A stretch of 46,392 nucleotides of DNA. Source: Gemmatimonadota bacterium. GTDB taxonomy: Bacteria > Gemmatimonadota > Gemmatimonadetes > Gemmatimonadales > Gemmatimonadaceae. Positions 9,206 to 17,786 of the stretch are shown here, one piece after another. Position 1 is the first letter of the stretch. Every line of letters starts with the position of its first letter. Where the stretch lies: assembly GCA_031372565.1 (NCBI GenBank), contig JANMLN010000099.1:1-46392 (forward strand), written 5' to 3'. Below the pieces are notes generated by a model. It worked only from the letters and a program-made list of their open reading frames with translations, made no database searches and was not told the origin of the DNA. The position numbers and the translations under genes are program-made.

Positions 9206-11154
9206 GATCGAGGTGGTGCCGTGCCGCGCGCCGAAGTCGATCGCGATCGCTCACGACCAGGGAACCGTGTGCGCGGGATCCGATCGAGGGAGTCCGTCAA
9301 CGCGCGAACGATGCTATCGGTCGATGGGTCGGGCGGCCGGAGCGCGGTATCGGTGGTCAGCGCAATCAGCTCGCGCGCGCCGTCACCCCGGGCAATGAGC
9401 ATCAGGGGCCATCCCACGACGCTCCGCATGTACCCGCGCGAGACGGGGAACCACGTCGGCTGATTCGGGGCCGCCCAGAGCTCTGACAGGAGCGGCGATG
9501 TCCCCGGCGTCGATGCCGACGCGCGATCCGGGCGCCAGAACCGTGCAAGGGACCGGCCCGGGATCTCGGTGTTCCGAACGCCAACGATGTCCAGCACGGT
9601 CGCGGGCAGGTCACGCATCGACACCGCGTCCGCGACGATGCGACCCCCCGGGACCCCGTTCGGGTACCGCATGATCAGCGGCACGTGCAACGCTTGCGGA
9701 TAGAGCGTGTTGCCATGCCGCGCAAACCCGAACTCGCCGAACAACTCCCCGTGGTCGGAACTGATCACGACGAGCGTCGAGTCGAGAAGCCCGCGTGCCT
9801 CGAGGGAGTCCATCAGCGAGGCCACGACATGATCGAGATAGGCAATGCTGCCGTCATAGGCGCGCTCCTCGTCCGCGAGTTCCGACGCGGAGAGCTTCGC
9901 GTCCAACGGTCGTTTTGCGACGGCGTGTCGCGGATAGATGAGCCCCCGTCCGCGGTTCGCACGCGTGCCGAACCGTTCCTCCCAGGGAGCCGGCACGAAG
10001 TACGGCTCATGCGCGTCGAGAAAGTTCAGGAATGCGAAGAACGGACGCTGCGATGATCTGGAGCCGTCCGCCCACCGGAGAAAATCATTGGCGATCCGTT
10101 CGCCGTTCTTGCCCGTGTAGGCCTCGTACCGGCCGGTCAGGGCTCGCACACGCGGATTGTTCAGGATGAACGTGGCCAGCGACGATCCTTCCACGATGCG
10201 GCCGATCGTCAGCGGCCAGTCCTCGTAGTGGGCAAAGCCCCGTGCAAGTCCGGTGAGCGCGGATGTGTATTCGATGTTGCCGACAAAACCGGCCGTGCGA
10301 TAGCCCGCCTTCCCGAGCACTTCGGCCAGCGTGCGTGGCTCTTCGTCGAGCGGACGCGCCCAATCCGTGCTCAACTCGTAGGGATACCGCCCCGTGAACA
10401 TGCTGGCGTGCGCCGGCAGGGTCCACGGGGAGACGGAGAAGGCGGATCGAAAGACCGTCGCACGCCGCGCCACGTGCTCGAGGCGCGGCGTGGTCGCCCG
10501 AAGATGTCCGTACAGGCTGAGGCTCTTCGCCCGGACGGTATCCAGGATGAGGAGCACGATGTTCGGATGCGTGCCGTCGGGTGCAGGCAGGTGCCGCACG
10601 ATCCACTGCTCACGCGCGAAGGACAGGGCATGAAGGCTCACGCCGATGATCACGGTGAGAGCGCCGATGAATCGCATGGTTCGACGAACCATCCGGTCGA
10701 ATCCGCCCGGTGACGCTGCGGCGAAGCGTCCCGCTTGCACCGCCAGTCCGATGGCCAGCATCAGGAGCGCCAGTCGGTGCACCCAAGGATAGAGCATCCA
10801 GACGAGACCGAGTGTCGCCGGGAACAGCAGCAGGCCGACCATGAGCGCCGGGCGCAGATTGCGACCGGTCAGGCGCTGTCCGACCGTCAGGAGCAGCGCC
10901 CACGGCAGGAGAAAGACTGCGTACGAGAGCGGCGTGATCCAGATCGCATCCGCATCCGCAAACACGAGCTCCCCGTAGATTCGCGGAAGCTGGGTGCTGG
11001 CCACCTCGAGCCACCCGGCAATCAGGGAGGCGGCAACCGCAATGCGGACCAGCGAGGCCGCGGGTGCCGAGGTGGAGCGACCGGTAGGCGGCGCGGTGTC
11101 GCGAGACCCGTCCTCGGACCCGTGTATCACGTTCGTCGCGGCTGCCTCCCGCAC
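9202..11154 (-). CDS. Membrane-anchored sulfatase-fold (alkaline phosphatase superfamily) protein, Thr-type motif
   Basis: N-terminal TM bundle, then PNIVLLILDTVRA, SPWTLPAHASMFTG, NFLDAHEPY, SSDHGELFGEFG and HGNTLY...HVPLI. Start chosen at GTG 11154, 8 nt after a GGAGG RBS. Confidence 0.85.
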   Translation of the reverse strand: MREAAATNVIHGSEDGSRDTAPPTGRSTSAPAASLVRIAVAASLIAGWLEVASTQLPRIYGELVFADADAIWITPLSYAVFLLPWALLLTVGQRLTGRNLRPALMVGLLLFPATLGLVWMLYPWVHRLALLMLAIGLAVQAGRFAAASPGGFDRMVRRTMRFIGALTVIIGVSLHALSFAREQWIVRHLPAPDGTHPNIVLLILDTVRAKSLSLYGHLRATTPRLEHVARRATVFRSAFSVSPWTLPAHASMFTGRYPYELSTDWARPLDEEPRTLAEVLGKAGYRTAGFVGNIEYTSALTGLARGFAHYEDWPLTIGRIVEGSSLATFILNNPRVRALTGRYEAYTGKNGERIANDFLRWADGSRSSQRPFFAFLNFLDAHEPYFVPAPWEERFGTRANRGRGLIYPRHAVAKRPLDAKLSASELADEERAYDGSIAYLDHVVASLMDSLEARGLLDSTLVVISSDHGELFGEFGFARHGNTLYPQALHVPLIMRYPNGVPGGRIVADAVSMRDLPATVLDIVGVRNTEIPGRSLARFWRPDRASASTPGTSPLLSELWAAPNQPTWFPVSRGYMRSVVGWPLMLIARGDGARELIALTTDTALRPPDPSTDSIVRALTDSLDRIPRTRFPGRERSRSTSARGTAPPRS

Positions 11155-11207
11155 GTCAACCACCTCCGACCCGAAGTAAACTACGGCGCGCTCCCACGGC
11201 CCCCGCA

Positions 11208-11213
11208 TATAAT
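11208..11213 (+). promoter_or_regulatory. Putative sigma-70 -10 hexamer (TATAAT) in a divergent intergenic region
   Basis: Perfect TATAAT inside an AT-rich island (catataatactgaacattac) between the divergent genes at 11154(-) and 11280(+). No clear -35. Confidence 0.5.
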
Positions 11214-11279
11214 ACTGAACATTACCCTCCCACGCTCATCGCGAGTAGGACGACGCCGAGCAGCATTCGGTCAAGTCCG

Positions 11280-12977
11280 TTGCAACACGTGGACATCTTC
11301 GTTCCCCTCCTGAGACTCGTGCGCCGCGCGGATCCTCGCCGTGTGGATCGCGCCGTGCTGCTCTGCGCGGCGCTTGCGCTCGTGGCGCTGCTGCCTGCGT
11401 GGCGATGGGGACTGCCGTATGCCTCGAGCCTGGTCACCATTCGAGGGTGGGATGTGGATGGCATTGCGGGCATGGGGGTGCTCGCCGAACTCCACAACCT
11501 GACCGTTGCCGCCCGGGATGACTGGTACGTCGCGTATCCGCTGTTTCACTATCTCGTGCTGGCCGTGGTGTACGCCCCGTACCTCCTCGGCCTGCTGGTT
11601 ACAGGACAGTTGCGGAGTCCCGGCGGGGCGTATCCCTTCGGCTTCTCCGACCCTGTGGCATCGATCGCGACGCTGAACGCGATCGGGCACGGCGTGTCGG
11701 TCGTGATGGGGTGCGGGTCGATCTGCGCGGTGTTCCTCCTGTCGCGTCGACTCTTCGGCGCACGCGCGGGGTGGACGGCGGCGGCCATTGCGCTCTTCAG
11801 CGCGCCGTTCATGTTCTACGCTCGCACGGGAAACCTGGATGTCCCGGTGCTGTTCTGGGTGCTGCTCTCGTTCGTCGCCATCGAGCGGGCATGGACTGAC
11901 GGACTGACCACTCGGCGCGCCCTCTGGTGTGGTACGCTCGCCGCGCTGGCGGTCGCAACCAAGGATCAAGCGTACGGGCTGCTGGTTCCGCCGCTGTTTG
12001 CGCTCTGCGTGCGCACCCTGCGCCGCGCGCGCGGTCCCGCGCCGCAACCACCGGGAAGCACGCCGATGCGCCGTGTGCTCGCGCTTGTGGGCGCCGGAGT
12101 CGTGGTGTTTGCCGTTGCGGGGGGCGTCGTTGTGCGCCCCGACCGCTTCGTGCGCCACGTGCAGTACATCCGCGGTTTCGAACGCACCTTCGCGAATGTG
12201 CGACATCTCACCGATCTCACCACCATGCGCGACGCGACGCTGGGAGGAGCGGTCGAGCTGGGTGGGGACTTTCTGAGCGCGCTTGCCGCCGCCGTCAGTT
12301 GGCCGGTGCTTGTCGTCGGCGTCGCAGGGCTTGTCGTCTGCTGGCGCGGTACGTCGTCCGTGCGCTGGCTCGCGGCGTCGGTCATCGGTTTTGGCGCGCT
12401 GGTCATCTGGCCGGTTCATTTCATGCAGTACCGCTACGCGCTCGCGCCTGCGTTCGTCGTGGCCATCCTCGCCGCCGGCGCGTTGTCGCGTCTCGCCGCG
12501 CGCGGGTCATCCACCCGCGTCATTGCCGATGTGGGTGCCGTCGGCCTGGTGCTCTGCTCGACTGTGGGCGGAGCGGAGGTGACGCACGCCATGCTGACCG
12601 ATGCGCGCAGGGACGCATCCACATGGATGGCATCACATCTCACGGCGGGCGATACGGTCGGCTTCTTCGGCCGGCCGCACCAACTGCCGGACGTCCCCGC
12701 AGGGGTTCACGCGGAGATGATGGGTGTCGATACGGATGCTGCGGCCGACTTGCAGCGCATCAGACCACGGTGGATCGTGGTCGCGCCCGACTACTTCGCG
12801 GATCCGACCATGGAGCGTAGCATCTTCCTGCCGACGTCCGTGTACGTCGGACTGCAGGACGGGTCGTTGGGCTGGAGGCGCGCGCAGCGCTTCCACTCTC
12901 CGTCGCTGCTCGGGCGTCCGTTGCCGTACCTGCCGTACGTCAATCCCGTGGTTCAACTGTTCGAACGTCAACCGTAA
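11280..12977 (+). CDS. GT-C fold membrane glycosyltransferase (PMT/ArnT-like)
   Basis: TM1 then a GWDVDGIAG acidic loop, YPLFHY, YARTGNLDVP, LAVATKDQ and QYRYALAP, plus a C-terminal soluble domain. Start could be TTG 11280 or GTG 11289. Confidence 0.8.
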   Translation: MQHVDIFVPLLRLVRRADPRRVDRAVLLCAALALVALLPAWRWGLPYASSLVTIRGWDVDGIAGMGVLAELHNLTVAARDDWYVAYPLFHYLVLAVVYAPYLLGLLVTGQLRSPGGAYPFGFSDPVASIATLNAIGHGVSVVMGCGSICAVFLLSRRLFGARAGWTAAAIALFSAPFMFYARTGNLDVPVLFWVLLSFVAIERAWTDGLTTRRALWCGTLAALAVATKDQAYGLLVPPLFALCVRTLRRARGPAPQPPGSTPMRRVLALVGAGVVVFAVAGGVVVRPDRFVRHVQYIRGFERTFANVRHLTDLTTMRDATLGGAVELGGDFLSALAAAVSWPVLVVGVAGLVVCWRGTSSVRWLAASVIGFGALVIWPVHFMQYRYALAPAFVVAILAAGALSRLAARGSSTRVIADVGAVGLVLCSTVGGAEVTHAMLTDARRDASTWMASHLTAGDTVGFFGRPHQLPDVPAGVHAEMMGVDTDAAADLQRIRPRWIVVAPDYFADPTMERSIFLPTSVYVGLQDGSLGWRRAQRFHSPSLLGRPLPYLPYVNPVVQLFERQP

Positions 12978-13022
12978 GCACGCTCGGTCGACCACCGCGT
13001 GGTGCCTCGTCGGACCCCCGCC

Positions 13023-13712
13023 TCAATCCAGTGGCTTCCGCAGGATGCGCAGCTCGTGTCGGTACCAGAGTCGTGCAATGTCTTCCGTGTACTGCAGGTG
13101 CAACCCTGCTTCGCTGGCCCATCGCTCCACTGTGCGGATGGGTACGTAGTGGATCCATTGACGCGCCAGCAGCAGGTCGTGCAGGCGATTCAAGGTGGCG
13201 TGGAGCACGGGACGATCTGCCAGATCCTTGAAGAGGAGCAGCCCCCCGGGCGCCAGACGGCTGATGGCCTTCTCGAGGAACGGTCGCTGCTGCGCGGGTG
13301 GGATATGGTGCATGACGTCCACGACGCTCACGACATCGAACTGTCCGTCGGGCCACTCGCCATCGACAGGAATCCACTGGAAGTGCAGCCGGACACTCGT
13401 CTGTCGCTCGTTGACGCGGCGTGCCATCTCGCGCGCAGATGCGATGGCTGGTGCGGACGCATCGAATCCGAGCGCATCGATCTGCTTGGCATCCTGCGCG
13501 AGATAGGCAAGAAACAACCCGGCACCGCATCCGACGTCCAGGACGCGACTGCCGTCCGGCACATGCGGTGTGAGGTATTCGAATGGGCAGATGTAGATGC
13601 GATAGTGCATCAGTGTCCGCATCAGCCAAGGCCCCGTCGTGTACAGGTCACGAGCAACGTCTGCCAATCGGGACAGGGTGCTCGGCGCGGACACGGCTTG
13701 CGGGATCTTCAC
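13023..13712 (-). CDS. Class I SAM-dependent methyltransferase
   Basis: Motifs RVLDVGCGAG, FDVVSVVDVMHHIP and LAPGGLLLFKD. Start uncertain (GTG 13712 or 13694). Confidence 0.85.
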   Translation of the reverse strand: MKIPQAVSAPSTLSRLADVARDLYTTGPWLMRTLMHYRIYICPFEYLTPHVPDGSRVLDVGCGAGLFLAYLAQDAKQIDALGFDASAPAIASAREMARRVNERQTSVRLHFQWIPVDGEWPDGQFDVVSVVDVMHHIPPAQQRPFLEKAISRLAPGGLLLFKDLADRPVLHATLNRLHDLLLARQWIHYVPIRTVERWASEAGLHLQYTEDIARLWYRHELRILRKPLD

Positions 13713-14033
13713 GGGTCGCTGGAAAGATGTTGAACACCGCTTCACGCGCGTCCGACACGACGACGCTCCCGAGGGACGATACGGTGCGATCGCGCCGCGC
13801 GCGACGGTGATCGGGAGAGCCAAGCGAGCGCCGGCAGGAGAACTCCTGCGGTGCCTCGACACTCGCCGATGCATCATGGCAAGGGTCGACTGCCCGGCAC
13901 ACCGAGGGCGCCACGAGTGCGAAGGGTACCACGCCCGTCGCCGCAGGGCCAGTTACCCGTCGTGCCCGCGTAGCAGCTCGCGTGCGACGCCCACCCCCGC
14001 CTCGACCCTCTCCTTTACAGGTAGTAGGATGCC

Positions 14034-15902
14034 ATGACGCAGGGCCACCACGATGCCCCGTCCACTGCACCCTCGCGGGGAGTACCGAGTTTGACTGCAT
14101 CCTCACCGGCGGCACCAGCGGTCTCGTCACGCGGCCTGTCCGTGACTCGGGGCATGGCGATCGCCTTCGCGGCACTGATCGCGGCCACGATGTCGAGCAC
14201 GCTGTATCTCCTGGCGTTCGTCTTCGTGCGGCGCCACGTGTTGGGGTTCATGGCGTGGGACTACCAGAACCAGATCTGGCACTCGCCCATCGCCTATGGC
14301 GTCCTGTACGCCCTTGTCGTGGCCGTGTGCCTCCCGGTCGTCTGGCTGCGCCCATCGGTCGGCGCGCGGCTCGCGATCGCGGTGTTCGGGGGGCTCGGCG
14401 TCTTGAATGTGATGATCACGTTTCCGCGCATCGCCCAGTGGTCGTCGCTCCTGCTCGCGCTCGGCGCGGCCGTGCAGGGGTGGCGACTGGCGACAGACGC
14501 GGGTGAGCGCCTCATGCGAAACATGGGCCGTGCCGCGGTCGCCTTCACCGGGATCTATGCCGTCGTGGCCGCGACGACGCTGGTGCACAGGGCACGCGGC
14601 CGCGGCGACGCCCCCGAGGCCACTGCGCGGGATGAGGCCCCCAACGTCATCTTCATGATCTGGGACACCGTCCGGGCCGCCAACCTGTCGGCGTATGGCT
14701 ACCCTGTCCAAACGACGCCGAATCTGGCCGCTCTGGCGGCGGAAGGAGTGCTCTTCGAGCGCGCGTACTCGAACGCCCCGTGGACCCTGCCGTCGCACGC
14801 CTCGTTCTTCACGGGGCAAGAGGCGGGGGCGCTCAGTGCCGACTGGAAGACACCGCTCGACAAGACGCATCCGACGATCGCCGAGGTCCTCCGTCGGGCC
14901 GGCTACGAGACGATCGGCTTCAACGGGAACGCGTTCTACGGCGGGTATTCCACCGGGCTTGGCCGCGGGTTCGACACCTACCGGCAACACCGGTCCACCT
15001 GGCGACAGGTGATGCTGGCATCGGCCTTTGGCCAGACCGCGAGCCTCAAGCGCGTCTTCAGGGAGCTGACACGCAGCACCGTGGCTGACGTCTTCAGGAA
15101 GCCCGACCTGTCCGTGTTTGCCGGATTTGCCGAATACGACGTGTACTACTCGCGCTACATCGCCGACGAATTCCTCGCGTGGACGTCGCAGCGCACGAGC
15201 AGGCGTCCCTACTTCGCCTTTCTCAACCTTTACGATGCGCACGAATACGGCGCGCTCCCAACCGCCGAGAAGTACATCGTCCGCGGCGGCAAGACCCCCA
15301 AGGAGCGCTACGACCTTGCGATCCGACATCTGGATACACAGCTCGGGCGCATGATCACGGAGCTGCGCGCGCGTGGAGCGCTCGACAACACGATCGTCGT
15401 CGTGGCGGCGGATCACGGTGAGCACTTCGGGGAGCACGGCATAGAGATCGGGCATGGCGTCAGCCTGTACGACGCGACCCTCCATGTCCCGCTGGTCATT
15501 CGGTACCCCAAGGGCGTCCCCGCCGGCACCCGCGTCTCGACGCAGGTCGAGCTGAAGGATCTCGGGCGCACGATCCTCGCGATGTCCGGCATTGACAGCC
15601 CTTTTCCCGGGCGACCGCTCTCCCGGTACTGGGGCAACGCGGCGACCGCTGGCGACACCCTGCTCGCGGAGGTCAGCAAGCGCATCAACGAGACGCGGCC
15701 CCTGCCGAACCGCGACCATGCGCTGAAGCGCGTGATGACCGATAGTCTCGTCTACATCCGGCGCCAGGATGGGCGCGAGGAGCTGTACGCCTATCGCGTC
15801 GACACCCTCGAACAGCGGAATCTCGTCGACAGCACTGCCCGGCGCCCCCAGCTCGAGCAACTTCGAAAGCGCCTGGCCGCGGTCCCGTATCCCTGGCGCT
15901 GA
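14034..15902 (+). CDS. Membrane-anchored sulfatase-fold protein, Thr-type motif (paralog of 9202-11154)
   Basis: N-terminal TM bundle, then PNVIFMIWDTVRA, APWTLPSHASFFTG, NLYDAHE, AADHGEHFGEHG and HGVSLY...LHVPLVI. Confidence 0.85.
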   Translation: MTQGHHDAPSTAPSRGVPSLTASSPAAPAVSSRGLSVTRGMAIAFAALIAATMSSTLYLLAFVFVRRHVLGFMAWDYQNQIWHSPIAYGVLYALVVAVCLPVVWLRPSVGARLAIAVFGGLGVLNVMITFPRIAQWSSLLLALGAAVQGWRLATDAGERLMRNMGRAAVAFTGIYAVVAATTLVHRARGRGDAPEATARDEAPNVIFMIWDTVRAANLSAYGYPVQTTPNLAALAAEGVLFERAYSNAPWTLPSHASFFTGQEAGALSADWKTPLDKTHPTIAEVLRRAGYETIGFNGNAFYGGYSTGLGRGFDTYRQHRSTWRQVMLASAFGQTASLKRVFRELTRSTVADVFRKPDLSVFAGFAEYDVYYSRYIADEFLAWTSQRTSRRPYFAFLNLYDAHEYGALPTAEKYIVRGGKTPKERYDLAIRHLDTQLGRMITELRARGALDNTIVVVAADHGEHFGEHGIEIGHGVSLYDATLHVPLVIRYPKGVPAGTRVSTQVELKDLGRTILAMSGIDSPFPGRPLSRYWGNAATAGDTLLAEVSKRINETRPLPNRDHALKRVMTDSLVYIRRQDGREELYAYRVDTLEQRNLVDSTARRPQLEQLRKRLAAVPYPWR

Positions 15903-16094
15903 GGGGGGGCGACCGTCGGAGCCACAGCTGGTGGGCGCGACCGGTGACCGTGGGAGGTGCGTACGGGAAGACAGGCGTCTTCCATGCACACGGCCGGTCG
16001 CTTTCAGCGGTGATGTCCCTTTCGACATCGCCCGTGCGTGGTGATACTTCAGTGACCGCAGGTTCCGGCGCGCGTTTCTTTCGTCCATGTCTCG

Positions 16095-16847
16095 ATGCTC
16101 TTGTCGCTTGTCATTCCGGTGTACAACGAGGCGCGACATGTGCGTGATGTGTTGCTGCGCCTCGCGACCGTCGACTGGCCGTGCGAGGTCGAGTACATCG
16201 TGATCGACGATTGCAGCCGCGATGGCTCCTGGGACATCATCGAAGCGTATGCGAAAGACCACGACATTCGGGCCGTTCGGCAGCCCGTGAACAAGGGGAA
16301 GGGTGCGGCGATCCGTCGGGGGTTCGAGTTGGCGACGGGTGACATCATCGCCGTGCAAGATGCCGACTTCGAGTACGCGCCGGAGGATCTGGTTGACCTC
16401 GTGAGCGCGATCATCAAGGACAAGGCGGACATCGTGTACGGGAGCCGCTACCGCAAGAACAGCCCGAATGTGCATCGCACGTTCCACTACGCGGTCAATC
16501 GGCTCCTGACGCTCATGTCCAATCTGTTGAGCGGCCTCTATCTGTCCGACATGGAGACATGCTACAAGGTCTTTCGCGCGGAGATACTGAAGCCCATCAA
16601 GCTCGAGTGTGATCGATTCGGGTTCGAACCGGAGATCACGGCCAAGATCGCGCGCCTGAAGGTGCGCGTGCACGAGTACCCGATTCAGTACTTCCCCAGG
16701 AACTATCTCGAGGGAAAGAAGATCAGCTGGAAAGACGGCGTGGCCGCGGTGTGGTTCATGCTCAAGTTCAATTTGCGCCGCCACGACGACCCGTCGCTGC
16801 GTGATGTCCCCGCCAAATATCGAACCGCCAAGGCGGAGCGTCTCTGA
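16095..16847 (+). CDS. GT2 glycosyltransferase, Dpm1-like
   Basis: Motifs VIPVYNEA, VIDDCSRDGS, NKGKGAAIRRGF, VQDADFEY, IVYGSR, SDMETCYKVFR, FGFEPEIT and GKKISWKDG. Confidence 0.93.
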   Translation: MLLSLVIPVYNEARHVRDVLLRLATVDWPCEVEYIVIDDCSRDGSWDIIEAYAKDHDIRAVRQPVNKGKGAAIRRGFELATGDIIAVQDADFEYAPEDLVDLVSAIIKDKADIVYGSRYRKNSPNVHRTFHYAVNRLLTLMSNLLSGLYLSDMETCYKVFRAEILKPIKLECDRFGFEPEITAKIARLKVRVHEYPIQYFPRNYLEGKKISWKDGVAAVWFMLKFNLRRHDDPSLRDVPAKYRTAKAERL

Positions 16848-16870
16848 GCGTGGGAACCCGCCGTACGTCG

Positions 16871-17596
16871 CTATCGACGTCGCTTGAAGCGCCGTGGTAT
16901 CGAAAGCCAGTATCCCGATGTCACGATCAAGATGGCCAGCCCACCTCCGCCGAGCATCGCGAACTTGCGCGTCGTCTGCCCACCGGGGAACTTGGCCAGG
17001 ATCGAGAGCACGTGCACATTGTGACCAAACGACCTCAGAAACCGATCCCGGCGCTGCGTGCGCTTGATCTCACCATTGGCTTCCGCAACGAAGATTTCCG
17101 TCTCCCCCGCATCAGCCAGCAGGATGTGGTGAGCCGGAAGCGGACCGCCGTACCGCTCGGTGGTGGCCGTCAAGCGCTCGACCCGCGACGGCGTCGCGCC
17201 GGGGTGCAAGGCGGCCACCAGCGCGACGGCATGCGCGGAAGAAATCACGAATCGCTCACCCGTGGTCGCGTGCACCATGACGGGAGCTCCGCGCATTGGC
17301 TGCACCAGATACACGAGCGTGTCGAGGATACGCTCGAGGCTGATGCGCCGTATCGGCCGGGGCGCGTCGGCGCCCTCGAACGCGACGGCAGCGGCGCGTG
17401 CAGGCGTGATGGCGACCGTCTCGACGCCAACGGGGGCCGACTTGATCCCGTCGCCGCGCGCCACCGAACTTTCCGGCACGACGAGCAGAATGCCGCTCGC
17501 GAACCACGACACCATGAGCAGTCCGACGGCGACACCGATCCACTTGTGCCACCAGCGCACCTCTGGCGGAAACCGCCACCTTTCCGACGACGACAT
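16871..17596 (-). CDS. PepSY-associated TM / PepSY domain membrane protein
   Basis: N-terminal [22 protein letters not shown], two PepSY-like repeats ([17 protein letters not shown]) and a C-terminal TM ending SGYWL. Confidence 0.75.
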   Translation of the reverse strand: MSSSERWRFPPEVRWWHKWIGVAVGLLMVSWFASGILLVVPESSVARGDGIKSAPVGVETVAITPARAAAVAFEGADAPRPIRRISLERILDTLVYLVQPMRGAPVMVHATTGERFVISSAHAVALVAALHPGATPSRVERLTATTERYGGPLPAHHILLADAGETEIFVAEANGEIKRTQRRDRFLRSFGHNVHVLSILAKFPGGQTTRKFAMLGGGGLAILIVTSGYWLSIPRRFKRRR

Positions 17597-17786
17597 CGCG
17601 ACCGATACTCCGAGTGAGGAATTCCACCGCTGCAGCGTGAATCATGGTACAGTAATGGCGGTCACGACGAGTCGCCAATGGCGCTCCCGTTCGGCTGATG
17701 CACCTGCACACCTCCGCACATGCGACCACCGACCTTCGGGCCAACACAACTTTCGAACCCGTGCCTTCTCCCGTCCTTCTCCGCCG

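Noticed and set aside
9202..15902. Calling the two sulfatase-fold genes ordinary arylsulfatases
   Set aside because: They lack the C/S-x-P-x-R formylglycine motif, and no maturation enzyme is nearby. Function left open.
14127..16784. 885-aa minus-strand ORF
   Set aside because: Antisense to the well-supported sulfatase-fold and GT2 genes, with no recognisable motifs.
17160..17786. Long N-terminal extension of cysN given by the ORF track (similar extensions for cysQ, cysD, cdd, the hybrid kinase, miaB, fbp and the PEP-CTERM gene)
   Set aside because: These extensions overlap neighbouring genes or promoters and lack homology-like content. Downstream starts give coupled ATGA junctions or RBS support.
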